NCBI RefSeq assembly: GCF_006345805.1
Contig: NC_043001.1
Coordinates: 105,710,001 to 105,774,000, forward strand
Direction: 5' to 3'
DNA from: Octopus sinensis
Taxonomy: Eukaryota
DNA length: 64,000 nucleotides
This document shows positions 1 to 13,522 of the stretch, in pieces. The translations under genes and the position numbers were made by a program. Within the stretch, counting starts at the first letter, position 1. Each line of letters begins with the position of its first letter. The notes under the pieces were generated by a model. The model was not told the origin of the DNA and did not search any database. It was given only the letters and a program-made list of their open reading frames with translations.

Positions 1-430
1 ATACATACAAACATACATACATACATACATATACACATACAATGATCTACATGTGCAATATTAAAAACCTCCTGACTAGCATATTCGCGTTTTGATTTAA
101 ATGCCAATATGTTAGTAGTTGATAAGCTTTCTTTTCGGAGAACATCATTCCTCGCTGCTATTATACACAATGATTTTACTTCCGTTTGTTTGCTTGTTGG
201 TTTTTTGTATTCATATAGCCATATAAATTTCCAGCATGGACTTCATTCGAATTTCGATATTCTAATTATTGTACACACATTACACCTCACCAATCAATTC
301 TTTAACTGCATTGTCTATATTTTCAAACTTTGTGCATATTTACCTAATTTTGTTTTGAAATTTTGGATTTCGGCACAAGCCCCACATTTCCGTGGGATAG
401 ACTATGTTGATGACATCAAACTTTAATGCT

Positions 431-570
431 CAACTGGTGTCTACTTTATCGACTCCGAAAGGATGAAAGGCTAAGTCAACCCCGGCAGAAATTGAATTCA
501 AAACGTAAAGACGGACAAAATGCCGCTAAGCATTTTCTCTCGAATGTTAATAGTTATGTCAGCTTGCTGC
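431..570 (-). mobile_element. tRNA-headed SINE family A (Deu/Nin-like central domain), degraded partial copy
   Basis: Contains atcgactccgaaaggatgaaaggctaagtcaacc...gaattcaaaacg...gccgctaagcattt, the reverse complement of the family A head and core seen in many other copies in this window. Confidence 0.8.
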
Positions 571-1219
571 TAATATTTCACTAATATAAACTTTACATTC
601 GTTACTTTAAACATTGACAGAAGTAATGATTTAAGTATATCATATATATGTATTAATCACACACAACCGTATTTCTCCAAGGTGATTAATAAATAATCTT
701 TCACATTCAGAATTATCTAAGCTAAAGTAGCTCCAGATTTTAATGGCGAACAGAGAGTGAAATGTGATACATTTTATGAAGCATATCAGGGATTATCTAA
801 TGCTATGATCTTGGTTCTTATCTAGTTAACATAAAGTTCGTTTTCAAATAGATTTTCCATGTGTTGGAGTAGAATAAGTAGACACCTTCTTCGACTAGCA
901 AAAAGATATTTGATATGTATCAAAGAAAGAGCACAAATACATCGATAGGCAGATAACCAGATTACGTTATGTTCCGTGAGGAGATCACATGACATGGAAT
1001 CCTTGACAAGACATGAACACCTCGACTTATACTTCTTAGTTACAACTCAGGAGATATTCTTTACGTAACTGAAAACAATTTCTATAAATTATGAATTTAG
1101 GTGGCGGTTAAAATTACAGCTATACAGTAAAATTATAAGCACACTCGTAAAGCGACACACAAACGCATAAAGTCATATACTCACAGATATATATACACAT
1201 ATAACGGTGTAGATGTGTG

Positions 1220-1261
<42 letters not shown>

Positions 1262-1365
1262 TCACCATCACTCTACCTGTATACACACGTACACATATCC
1301 ATCCATCCAGCCGTCCATCCATTCATGAATACATACATGCATACATGGGTACACACGTAAACATT

Positions 1366-1399
<34 letters not shown>

Positions 1400-1751
1400 C
1401 ATCATACCTGTCGTATTCTCTGAAGTTTTATGCGTTAGTCTCATGTTCTATCTTGCTATTTTATGAAAGAGGCCATACACACAATTACAATTACACAAGT
1501 ACACACATAAATGTACGTCCCGTCCACACCCATACAAACACACGCATGCGCAGAAAATAAAAGCAAATGAAAAGCACGAGAATCTTTGGTCTCCGAATAT
1601 TCATAATATTTTCTTTCCTTGTTTCTGCTTATCGATTCTCTCACTCTCTCTTTCTAGCACACACAGACCCACCGTCAAACACATGCACACGCACGTACGC
1701 ACACATGCACACACACGTACATCGACTCTCTCTCTATTTTTCAAAACTATC

Positions 1752-1805
<54 letters not shown>

Positions 1806-1831
1806 GTGTGGTGTGTGTTGTGTGGTGTGTG

Positions 1832-1862
<31 letters not shown>

Positions 1863-1867
1863 AGATA

Positions 1868-1949
<82 letters not shown>

Positions 1950-3565
1950 AGAGTCCTGGCAAATAGAGGAATAACTGTCGAAACAGAATTTATACCTAAT
2001 ACTTTACTATTAAATTCTGGAAGAGGCTACTAATTTTGATATAAACTACTGCATGTGACTTATACATATGTGCGTTCCCTTGAAGTTTGAGAAGACAAAG
2101 CAATAAAACACGTACGTACTTCATTACAGCAGCGCTTCTCCCATATTTAAAGTGACATATCAGTTTGTTATTTTCTACTTCAAACATCGTACTGCCATGC
2201 CAATTTACTTGAGGCGAAAATTGATTGATTTTATTTATCAGAAACAAAATGTTGGATCTCAAAGATAAGCCATTCTGTGTGGGTGGTCTCAATTACATGG
2301 TTTTACGAAATCAAAAGAGGAGAGCGTATCTAGGAGTTGCATTATAAGCGTTAGATTAATGGATATATTGATGATTAATACAGTAAGACAACGGAAAATA
2401 TATGGTAAAGATAGGAGGTGCATTCTGGTAGCATTAAAAGCAATGAAAATAAGCAATAACCATAATATAAATAGCTTGTATGGTAGATTGAAAAGTTTTA
2501 CCGTTTGGCGTAGAGATAATGAAAAAGACGAAAATGGCGCCATTCTCAAGTAAACGAATTAAAATAGGTACGGATGATTAAAACGCATTAAATCTATTGA
2601 TGTTTGAAGCACCAACATAGCAATTATATTTTCATTCATGAATATATCCTGCTAGGTGCAAATTAATAAAAATCCCTGATGTTCATTTAACATTGTTATA
2701 ATCTTGAATAGAGGTACAGCGTTCTGAAAGAACGGAAATTACAATAAAATTATTATTAACTCTTCATTCAAGAGATGAAGATTTGTTTAGGAATTGAAAA
2801 CGTAATGGTGTTCATAATGAAATACGTAAGAAAATAAATTACTAACGTATAGCAGACAAAAGATTCTATGTGAACAATTATTAGATTGTATATTATCATA
2901 TAGAATTTCATTTCAGCTTCTTTAAAATTTACAGTCATAAATATGGTATTTCAGACAATTCTGGTGTTTCGAACTGAATTTCAGTGTGTAAGACTAAAGT
3001 TTTCCTTCCCAGCCGCATAATTCTTCTAGTTTACTAAAAATATTCAAACCGGAAACAGACCTCCTACATAATAATTCATTTTCAAAATTACAAAATGCAT
3101 GTTTCCAATTAAAACACATTTTGATAAAAGGTGACAAAGACTGTATGAATAATATGAAGGTAATTATGATCTCCAAATTAACGGGGACGTTGTATTACAA
3201 CGCAGACTACTGCGTTATTTAACTTGAAAGAATCTCTCATATGAACTCGTGATGCATAAATTCACTAGTAATTGTATCGACGACAGACGAAAACCGACTG
3301 CGACGGGCGTCCGAACAGCCAGATCACGTAAATTTTAATTGCGACGGGCTCCTCAGTGGCAGATATCCAACAGTATCTTACCACCGAATCTCTTATCATC
3401 GATATATAGAAGAGAAATATCCATTCAGGCACTAGTGTCACAAACGACCAGAAGGGTTTATTAAAAACAAATAATCGCCACAGAAGCAGTATTGATACCA
3501 AAAGATATTCGTGATCTGCAGCTAAAGGTGGAAGTTTTGTCAACACGGAATACCTTCCGGCGTTA

Positions 3566-3609
3566 ATGTTATCCAGCGAACTGGACAAAGATTACACCAA
3601 AAGTTTCAG
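3566..3609 (+). CDS. Candidate first coding exon (MLSSELDKDYTKSF, phase 2) of an unidentified gene
   Basis: ATG at 3566 with an open frame to the donor-like ttcag|gtaatt at 3609/3610, at the end of a locally CpG-richer, non-repetitive stretch (about 3170-3610). No homology recognised. Confidence 0.2.
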
Positions 3610-3811
3610 GTAATTAAATTAAAACTTCGGAAAACGATGAAATAAAATTTATGAATTGATGTTTTGGTTTTTGAAATTTAATTTTAATTTCTTTTTGATA
3701 TTCCAAAATTTATGAATGATTTCTAAATTCTATTTGCATTCCTGTTATCAGGATTTCCATCATTATCCATTATGCCACAAGCTATGTATATATATGTGCG
3801 TGCGTTTGTGT

Positions 3812-3854
<43 letters not shown>

Positions 3855-4095
3855 TGTCTGTGTCCTTGTTACTTCACCACAAACCATTTGACAAACGGTA
3901 ACGGTAATACTCAGTTTCGCACCATTAATAAGACTGAAGACTGTGGAACTAAGAATTACCATTCTGCTTGATAACTGAGGAAGAAATGAGGACCTTCTGT
4001 GTCATATACATATACGTTTTTTTTATGTGTCATTGTTTATTTACAATGCATTTTCCATTTATTAAGTAACGGTACGCAACACACATCCGGCATTC

Positions 4096-4136
<41 letters not shown>

Positions 4137-4317
4137 TGTGGTGTGTGTGTGTGTATACAACTTATAAACAAGGGCAAAAGAAAACATATTTCTTGGCATA
4201 GAAATAATTTTCTTTTGCCCTTGTTTATAAGTTGTTTATAATGTTAACCTTTAAGGAATTTAACATGCTGCCACTTTTGCTGAAATGTTTTCTTAAAAAT
4301 ATTTTATCCTATATTAG

Positions 4318-4369
<52 letters not shown>

Positions 4370-5603
4370 GTATTATATATATATGTATGTGTGTGTGTGT
4401 GCGTGTGTTGTGTGGTATGTGTGTGTGTGGGTGTGTTTTGTTGTGTGTGTGTGTGTGTTAAATAACATTTGACAACAAAGCCAAGAATGGGTGTGACTTT
4501 CAAGACATTTTATAAAAGTTAGTCTTATAGCTGTTTCTGGGATATCATGGATATCTCTTAACCAGAGACGATGTCAGGTGGTTAAACAGAGGGTAAATAG
4601 TAGAGTTCAGTATAAGGAGTTATCTTGGAAAAGGATATAAATAAGAAGGATAAAAGGAAATAAGAGAATAAAAGTTAAAATATATGTAGGATGTTACAGT
4701 TGCAGCTTCGTTATCCAAGCAAAGTGGTGTGTACAAATTGTAGAAATGCCTATTGTCTATAGTATGTAAATTCCAGTAGGAATTCATATTTTGTTATTAC
4801 AAATTGAAAGTGTGGAGATGTGGTGTTCAGTCAAAGCTATAGAGAGAAAAGATATAAGGATTTAGAGAGATGGAGAAAACGAGAGATAAATAAATAGATA
4901 TGGGATATGACATTTATGGGTGACGTATGTATTGAAGCACCGTCTCTGATTAATGGATATCCCTAATATCCCAGAAACAGCTGTAAGACTAACTAAGCTG
5001 TTTCTATCCATTTTGTTTTGTTTCTTTACATCGGTTCGATGTCGAAACAGGATTCGTCAAATTACGCTTGTGCTAAAACGTGTTGTGTTTCTTTGTATCT
5101 TGCCTTACATTGCAAAACACAATTATGCTACGATATTTTCAAGCCAGTCTTTACAATAAGAAATTTATTTCATATTAAATATTCTTAGATATTTTAGAGC
5201 GATACCTGATTACTCATTGTCGTGACCGCTAACTTGTTTCCAGAACACTTTCTTCATATTTCACACACATCCAATCAAAGAAAATGATTCATAAAGAAAA
5301 TAACTTCCTTGAAGGTATGCGCGAAATTTAACATAACAACAGGGAGATACGAACAATTTGAATGAAACATAAAGCAGAAAATGAGAATTCATTTTAATCA
5401 ATAATAAGGTGTACACCAGGTATTCACTCAATTAAACTATTTCACTCATAGATACTAATATATCAAAACAGGCATTTCCACCCATATATATTGTTCCACA
5501 CACACACACACACACACAGACACAGAGAGACCCACCCACACCCACACCCATACGCACATAGACACAGACACACACACACACACGCACACACACACACACA
5601 TAT

Positions 5604-5790
5604 AGGAGGCGCAATGGCCCAGCGGTCAGGACAGCGGAGACGCAGTTTCGATTCCCAGACCGGGAATTGTGAGTATTTATTGAGCGTAAACAACTTCAAC
5701 TCTACGAGGGTCCGGCAAGGGTGGAGGGCGAACCCAGCTGTACTCTTTCACCACAAATTTCTGTCACTCTTTCTTTCTATTGTACCTATA
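5604..5790 (+). mobile_element. tRNA-headed SINE family C, partial
   Basis: ggaggcgcaatggcccagcggtc (A-box) ... gtttcgattccc (B-box) ... ctgtactctttcaccac. Homologous to the fuller copy at 48265-48561. Confidence 0.75.
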
Positions 5791-6799
5791 ACTCTCTTGT
5801 GTATTTACTAAAGTAGACGTACAAACATATAAACCAGAAAATGCGCGCGTTAAACATTTATCATAAGCTTACTTGTATCATATGTTGATACTTCGTGTTG
5901 TTTTATTTTGCCAATCAGAGTCCGTAAAAGAGAGCATTTCGCTTTGAAATACACTTACTACTAGTAAATATATTCGACGTTGGTATGTATAAAATCTTTC
6001 TTTGAGCTCTAAAGTGGAAAGAAACTGTCTCTCCTTACATCGAAGAGAAACAAAACTGCAAGTGAAATGTAGTGGAAAAACCTTCAAACTCTGTTGGTAG
6101 GAAAATTGTGTTGGAGAGAAATAATGTTGAAAAGATGTGCAAACACATATCAGGAAACGATTTGCAAATAATCCAACATGAACTTAGCCAGGAGCATATA
6201 TTGATTTACCCGGCTGAGACGATCTTTAAACATCGAGAGTGCACAAAGTGTCCTTGTTGAAGGAAAAATGGGAATTTATTTATGAAAAATGGGACTAGAA
6301 ATTAAGACAAACTGCATAAACGTACGCCAAGCTATGTCTTCGATCATTCTTTTATACGCGTTCTGTCAGAAACAGCATTTTTGGCACAATTTGAAGTTGT
6401 AGCTGGATTTCAAGACTAATTCGAATCTCAGTTGACAACAGAGCTGAGATGAACGAAATCGTGACTGCAGTTATATATGGGAAATTAAACTGAAAAAAGT
6501 TTGAGAAAATATAATGACTTTTATTAATAAAACTAAAATATTGAATGGTTTTACATTTAATAATGGTTGTGTGAATCTTACTAGTTTTCCACGATGGTGT
6601 CGATCACCAGAAGGATCGTTTTGGATCCGTGTTCATCAATAATGTATCTCAGACGTTATGAAATTATATTTTAATAGTTTACACTTCTTCCTAATTTTGT
6701 ATATATCTGTTCGAAAAAAAATCTTTCAAGTATGCTACGTATCAAAAGATAAATTGCGGTAAACTTTCATACATTTCAAACAGCTTTCTGAGTAGTTAG

Positions 6800-7600
6800 T
6801 TTCAAAATCTGAATTTATTAGAAGAACGAAAATAAGGATACAACAAATTAATCAACTCTGTGAAACACTTAACTTTGCAATTCAACTTTAATGACAGATT
6901 TACAACGAATGTAAATACAAAATTCTTCAATTCTGCATGAAAAAAGTGCTCAGCGAAGAACGCTACAACAAAAACAACATTGACAAATCTATTTAAGAAT
7001 CAGCAACTACTATACTTCACCACAAGGTGTTGGGGAATTAAAACATTTGTCGGTTTTTGTGAATCTATTTTGAAATAGTTATATCAACACACAAAACATC
7101 ATCACAAAACAAACTTCCGCCGAAGGGAATGAGACGACTTAAGCAAATATAAAAACTGACACAGGAATAACAATTAAAGAGGAAGATGCAGTAGTCTTTA
7201 TGGATAGAGAATTTTATATGAATATTGTGCTGTTCTTATTAAAAGACGAAAATTAATATCAACAGAAATAATGAGAAACGTTAGAATGTTAATGAACTTA
7301 TCACGAGGAAGTCTCACCAACAATGAATACAACAATATTGCCAACTATATATGCAAATGTAGTCGTTTGTATGATATACGGAAAGTTTACAAAAATGGAA
7401 CAACATAGTGAAGCATGCAAAAGACTCCTTGACCTCAACATCTGTCTCCTCGCAAATGTTTCGAAATAAACACAAGAGCAGGTTGGAAATGCCAAACTCC
7501 AGGTGTGAGCAGCTATGAAAGACCGATGCTTTCTCAGGCACATAAGAGAAGTCTTAAACAGTGTGTTCAAAAAGTGTCTCAGCAGTGAATATTTCTCATC
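6800..7600 (+). pseudogene. Highly degraded Penelope-like element reverse transcriptase remnant
   Basis: 7161-7253 translates TGITIKEEDAVVFMDREFYMNIVLFLLKDEN, resembling the PLE IxxADKGxxVVxMDRxxY motif. 7364-7393 gives RLYDIRKVYK, resembling FYGLPKIHK. Many stops; boundaries approximate. Confidence 0.5.
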
Positions 7601-7659
7601 CTCTTGGGACTAATCCATACTTTTGTAGTCTTATACTATCTTATATATATTTATTCTGC

Positions 7660-7722
7660 AATCGAAACCGCGATCATCCGACCGCGAATCCGCTGCTCTA
7701 TCCACTGGGCCATAGCGCCTCC
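7660..7722 (-). mobile_element. SINE family C tRNA-like head only
   Basis: Reverse complement reads ggaggcgctatggcccagtggatagagcagcggattcgcggtcggatgatcgcggtttcgattgc. Confidence 0.7.
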
Positions 7723-7851
7723 ACAAATTATGTAAATAGTGGAAGTTATCTGTAAATATATGTGACAATGGCTAACGAATAATTGTCATATTTTATATTT
7801 ACATATATATATATATATATATATAGGCAGGCAGACAGATAGCTAGCTAGC

Positions 7852-7890
<39 letters not shown>

Positions 7891-8744
7891 GTAGATGAGT
7901 ACTAGAACTCTCAGAAATCAATGTATATAGCACAATGCAGAAAGCAAATTAGCCCAGAGTAAATAACGAGTTGTGAAAATAAGAAAAGGTGATATGAGCG
8001 GAAATAATATTCTATAGATAATTATCAGGTAGGGGTTCTTCTGCCCTCCTTTAGTGTTTTGCTCATTCGAATTTCATGTAATTCGACATATTCACCAAAG
8101 AGTGCTACTTCGCTGGATTAACTTTTGATTATGAAGAACGTTGGAGAATTTCAACACTAAAAATTTGATATTCGAGCAATTCAAAAACAAAAAAATGTTT
8201 TTGTAAACAGCTTAGATATATCTCGATCATATATGAAAATTTAATTCTACAACAAACCTAAATTATATTTGCATTTGAGAGTAAAGTAGCCAAGTTCCCA
8301 TGGTATTAAATGTAATTTGCGAATTATACATCTGCATTTTACAATGAAAATAAATAAAGGAAAGTACAGTAAATAAAATTACAATTGGAATCAAATTGCA
8401 TATATTTCGAAAATGTAGATTCGATATTTCGTTCATTTTCTGAATTATTCTCTCCACGTACTCGCTTTTTGCTCTTTTCTTCTGGCGTAAAATTATATTC
8501 CTGTTCTTTTTTATGATTCTATCTTAAACTCTTCTCTATAACATGTATACAAACACACGCAGAGACTCACAACCGCGCCCGCAGAAACACACATGCTTAT
8601 ATATGGATGGGTGTATATATGCAAGTTTATAGATTCTCAGGCAGGCAGTTACTTTTATACACACTTGCTTAGTAGTACGTATACATGTCTTCGCATAAAA
8701 CATAAACTGAAGTATACGTATGAATGAAACCACACAACGTATGC

Positions 8745-8775
<31 letters not shown>

Positions 8776-8784
8776 ATATAATAT

Positions 8785-8815
<31 letters not shown>

Positions 8816-8819
8816 CATA

Positions 8820-8853
<34 letters not shown>

Positions 8854-8930
8854 TATATATATATACATATATATATACATAATATATATATTATATAATA
8901 TATATTATAATATATATATATATAATAAAA

Positions 8931-9212
8931 TATTAGGGAATAAATCCAAACTTTTTTATGATTTTATCTTAAACTCTTCTCTATAACATGGATACAAACA
9001 CACGCAGAGACTCACACCCGCGCCCGCAGAGACACACATGCTTTTATATGGATGGGTATATATATGCAAATTTATAGATTCTCAGGCAGTGTTATATTAA
9101 TTATCTTTTTTAATAATTTTGATATATATTTAAATAATATAAATTAATTAATCTTATGTATTGGCTTAAGTTTTTCATTGTATGATTTGCCTAATAGTGG
9201 TTTTATCTCTAA
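8931..9212. mobile_element. Small AT-rich interspersed element embedded in (TA)n, carrying a captured 139-bp local fragment
   Basis: Head tagggaataaatccaaa and tail tatgtattg..taagt..ttgt..tttgc..aatagtggtttt.tctctaat match 62320-62460. Its segment 8951-9089 duplicates 8506-8644. Confidence 0.6.
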
Positions 9213-9476
9213 TTTAATATATATATATATATATCTGCATATATATACACATGACTATCTATATATATATATATATATATAGATAGATAGATCGATAGAT
9301 AGATAGACATACATATGCATATATGGGTACAAGACGTCACCAACAGTAAACAACATGAAATACGAACACAAATGAGTTCAATACGCAAAGAACGAGGGAA
9401 ACAAATAAATGCATATATATACACATGACTATCTATATATATATATATACATACAAGCGTATATATATACAGCTCA

Positions 9477-9522
<46 letters not shown>

Positions 9523-10091
9523 CAAGCGTATATATATACAGCTCATGCATATATATATACACACATGAGTTGGAGAGAAAAGTCTTCGTGTGCGTGTGTT
9601 TCCGTGTGGTGTGTGAATGCTCCTGCAATAAATTGAATAAAAATACAAAAATGTTCTAGACTCAGAAATTATATTATATCACAGAAAGAATAACTTTAAA
9701 GAAATTCTGTATAAGTTAATAGGTTCGTTTCATCTTCCAACCAATGTTCGCAGAGCAAATAAAATGATTTCTAAAGGAATTTATGCTTTACATAATTCTA
9801 AGTATACGGTGAAGAGGGAAACCTCAAGCACGCTTCTATGAATGTCTAGCTGATATCATGAGATTTAGAATCACTGTATCTAGTCTTTAGGGAATTTCAA
9901 ACTGGGTTTAATTGTTGTCACTGACTGGAGGACCGTGTGTTTTGTTGCGGTCTTTACAGATTTTGATGTCCTTTCGCTCTCTCTCTCTTTTTCTCTTTCT
10001 CATTCTCCATAGTCTTTAACTAAATGATAGATCATTATTGCAGCTTCTCACAGATATTCCTATATATTATATATATATATATCTATATATA

Positions 10092-10150
<59 letters not shown>

Positions 10151-10151
10151 C

Positions 10152-10234
<83 letters not shown>

Positions 10235-10420
10235 ACAAGCGGAAGTGTGATAGAACGTTAAGACTGAGTGCGCATGCTTTCCTCATTCACTTTCTGTACC
10301 TTCTGCTTCCCTACCATTCTCTTGCGAAACTTCATAACATTCGCGTTCATCTCTGGATATTTACACTATTAAGGCCATAACCATACACGACTTACACAGT
10401 ATATATATATATATATAAAT

Positions 10421-10530
<110 letters not shown>

Positions 10531-10554
10531 AATCGGGGCTGCAATGCGTGTGGA

Positions 10555-10847
10555 GATATGACAAGTTAGCTTGGGAGGATAAGCAGTTGTTTTCGTAGAA
10601 AAAGGTGGTAGTTTACCAATAATTGTCAGAGCACCGAGAACAGTGAGGAACAGTGAGAAGTACATGGAACAAATTGGGGCTGCAATAAGGTTGGAGCATT
10701 TGCAGAAAACATACTGCTTGGAGCCGCTCCAATGCTCCAGATGGTGCTCGAAAAATAAGGAATATTACATTAATTCACTGGTAATGAACAACTGACACCG
10801 TTGTACATCTCCAGTGTTAGAAGCTGTGCAAAGGCAATAATAATAAT
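10555..10847 (+). mobile_element. R4/Dong-like non-LTR retrotransposon, 3' end remnant
   Basis: Translates VVVLPIIVRAPRTVRNSEKYMEQIGAAIRLEHLQK, typical of the C-terminus after the restriction-like endonuclease. Ends gttagaagctgtgcaaag followed by (AAT)4. Homologous to 38568-38890. Confidence 0.7.
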
Positions 10848-11328
10848 ACTTTGAAAATAACAATGACAAGCTCAAAGACATACTGAAATTCTACAAGGTC
10901 CATATATAAACAGTGCACTATAAATGACACAACATTCCGCTGGCCATAAATTAATACAGCAGAAATACTAAAGCCAAAACTAAACACTTGAAAACCCCAG
11001 ACGCACAAATCTGTACTAAGTAGTACAGCGAAAGCACGCAATAAATATATTACTATTGAAAGGTGAAAAAATAACAGTCATGGCGGAAATAATTAAAGAA
11101 CCACTTTTACGTCAATACTAAATCAATGTAGCGTGCAATCTCGAATGTCTGTTTAAAATAATAGCTCCAGATTGGAAATGGAAATATATGAGACTTAAAC
11201 ATGGAATATTTTGAGTAATTCTATTAATATAAAAACTTAAACAGAAGTTCGTATTGCTGGTGAATACAATAACGTCAGTGCTAAGTCTACTAGTAACAAC
11301 ACGCAAGATTGTTATCTGTTAGAATATC

Positions 11329-11379
<51 letters not shown>

Positions 11380-12326
11380 ATATATATATAAATGAAAGGA
11401 GAATAGGAACGGGCATATCCATACTCCTCTCTCTATCTATCTTACTAATCTATCTATATATCTATCTGTATGTCTATCAGCCTATATACCTACCGATTTT
11501 TCTATCTATCATTCTCCACTCTCATGGAGCCTCACCCGAAGAAACAATAACAATGTACTCCTCTTCGAACCCCCCCCACCACCACCACCAAATATTTTAT
11601 ATAAATAAACAAGGTGTTTGTATATTCAGAAAATTCTATTTGACAAGTTCGAGAAACAAACCTAAGCGCTAATAATAATGAATATATAATAATGAATAAT
11701 AATGAATAATAATAATGAATAATAATAATGAATAATGAAAAGATGTTTTCTAAAATTCTTGCGACCTTTTTTTTCAATATATATATATATGAACCTTTAG
11801 GGATGAGACGGTGATGCAAGCAGCGATTGAGAAACGAAATGTGACTACAGAAACACAAACACATATATGTATGAATGTATGTATAAATGTATGTATGTAT
11901 GTGTGTATGCTTGTACGTATGTATTGTCACACAGTTGGGGTGTTTCAATTCCTAGACCTAGTGGAGCGCTGTACTCTTGAGCAAAACACTTCATCTTACG
12001 ATGGTCTGCGATTGCTTCAACATAAGACCTGTGGCACATCGTACACCTGATGCAGGGTGAGAATTGATATACAGCAGATACATTTGACATTATGAAGAAT
12101 TGAATTTGTTCAGATCCTTCAGGTCTTATTTTTCTATTTAGTATGACTTCTAATATGTATTTTTAACTTTGACCCGTTAATAATACTAATAGTAAGTTAG
12201 ATAGCCTGAGGACGCACTGATGGATTTATGTATTAGTTATATACACCCCCACCAGCGCAGAAATACGTGTAGCATTGATTGAAACACCTTCTTTCCTCAC
12301 TAATAACAGAAAGGTTATATATATAT

Positions 12327-12364
<38 letters not shown>

Positions 12365-12410
12365 ATATATATATATTATATATATATATATTATATATAT
12401 ATATATATAT

Positions 12411-12583
12411 AGGCGCAGGAGGGGCGGTGTGGTAAGTAGCTTGCTAACCAACCACATGGTTCCGGGTTCAGTCCCACTGCGTGGCATCTTGGGCAAGTGT
12501 CTTCTGCTATAGCCCCGGGCCGACCAATGCCTTGTGCCTTGTGAGTGGATTTGGTAGACGGAAACTGAAAGAAGCCTGTCGTA

Positions 12584-12628
<45 letters not shown>

Positions 12629-12838
12629 TTGTGTGTCTGTGTTTGTCCCCCTAGCATTGCTTGACAACCGATGTTGGTGTGTTTACGTCCCCGTCACTTA
12701 GCGGTTCGGCAAAAAGAGACCGATAGAATAAGTACTGGGCTTACAAAGAATAAGTCCCGGGGTCGATTTGCTCGACTAAAGGCGGTGCTCCAGCTTGGCC
12801 GCAGTCAAATGACTGAAACAAGTAAAAGAGAAAAGAGA
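12411..12838 (+). mobile_element. tRNA-headed SINE family B, full length
   Basis: aggcgcagga...gtggtaagtagcttgc (A-box), gggttcagtccc (B-box), core gtggcatcttgggcaagtgtctt, internal (TA)n(TG)n, and 3' tail ggcggtgctccagc.tggccgcagtcaaatgactgaaacaagtaaaagag. About 10 related copies lie in the window. Confidence 0.9.
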
Positions 12839-13099
12839 ATATATCAAATAATGTTATCGTAATTTATATTATTTTTGGGGATATAACTTTCTATGTGTAT
12901 TCCATACAATAAGTTTATCCTGAAATAGAATTTGTGGTGCTATTTGTAAAATCACAAATTTGTAATAATATTATAAATGATATTATTTACATTGCGTTAG
13001 TAAAGTGTAAAATATTAAATGTCCTGATAACCTGGAATACTTATTATTCCCTAAGATTTTAAAAATATACATACATACATATACATACATATATATATA

Positions 13100-13163
<64 letters not shown>

Positions 13164-13174
13164 TGTGTGGTGTG

Positions 13175-13205
<31 letters not shown>

Positions 13206-13410
13206 TGTGTGTGTCTGTGTGTGTACATATATATATACAGAAGTTTATAGTCGACATTCTTGTATGAGATTTCGTGAATGATTCAGAAAATATAGAAAAT
13301 TCTAAGTGTTGTTCGGAGGTAATTGGTGATTGTTATTATTCGGGAAAATTGCACATTTTTGGGGTGTTTACACTTTAGCGGTGGGATGAAAATAGTGAGA
13401 TGAAATATGT

Positions 13411-13522
13411 ACCGCGCTGGATATGCGATCGTGGATTAAAATATTTACCGCGTTAGATATGCGATCGCGGATTATAATATTTACTGCGTTGGATATGCGA
13501 TCGTGGATTAAAATATTTACCG
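13411..13522. repeat. 36-bp minisatellite, 3 copies
   Basis: accgcg(c/t)t(g/a)gatatgcgatcg(t/c)ggatta(a/t)aatattt occurs at 13411, 13447 and 13483, contiguous with no spacers. Confidence 0.9.

Noticed and set aside
3265-3588. 107-aa hydrophobic minus-strand ORF resembling a membrane protein
   Set aside because: It starts at TTG directly after an in-frame stop, has no recognisable family motif and no convincing splice signals on that strand.
12411-12500. tRNA genes at SINE heads (also 5604, 40005, 44461, 48561, 61714)
   Set aside because: A- and B-boxes are present but there is no complete cloverleaf or acceptor stem, and each continues into SINE core and tail.
13411-13522. 36-bp repeats suggestive of a CRISPR array
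   Set aside because: The units are contiguous with no unique spacers, there are no cas genes, and the context is eukaryotic.
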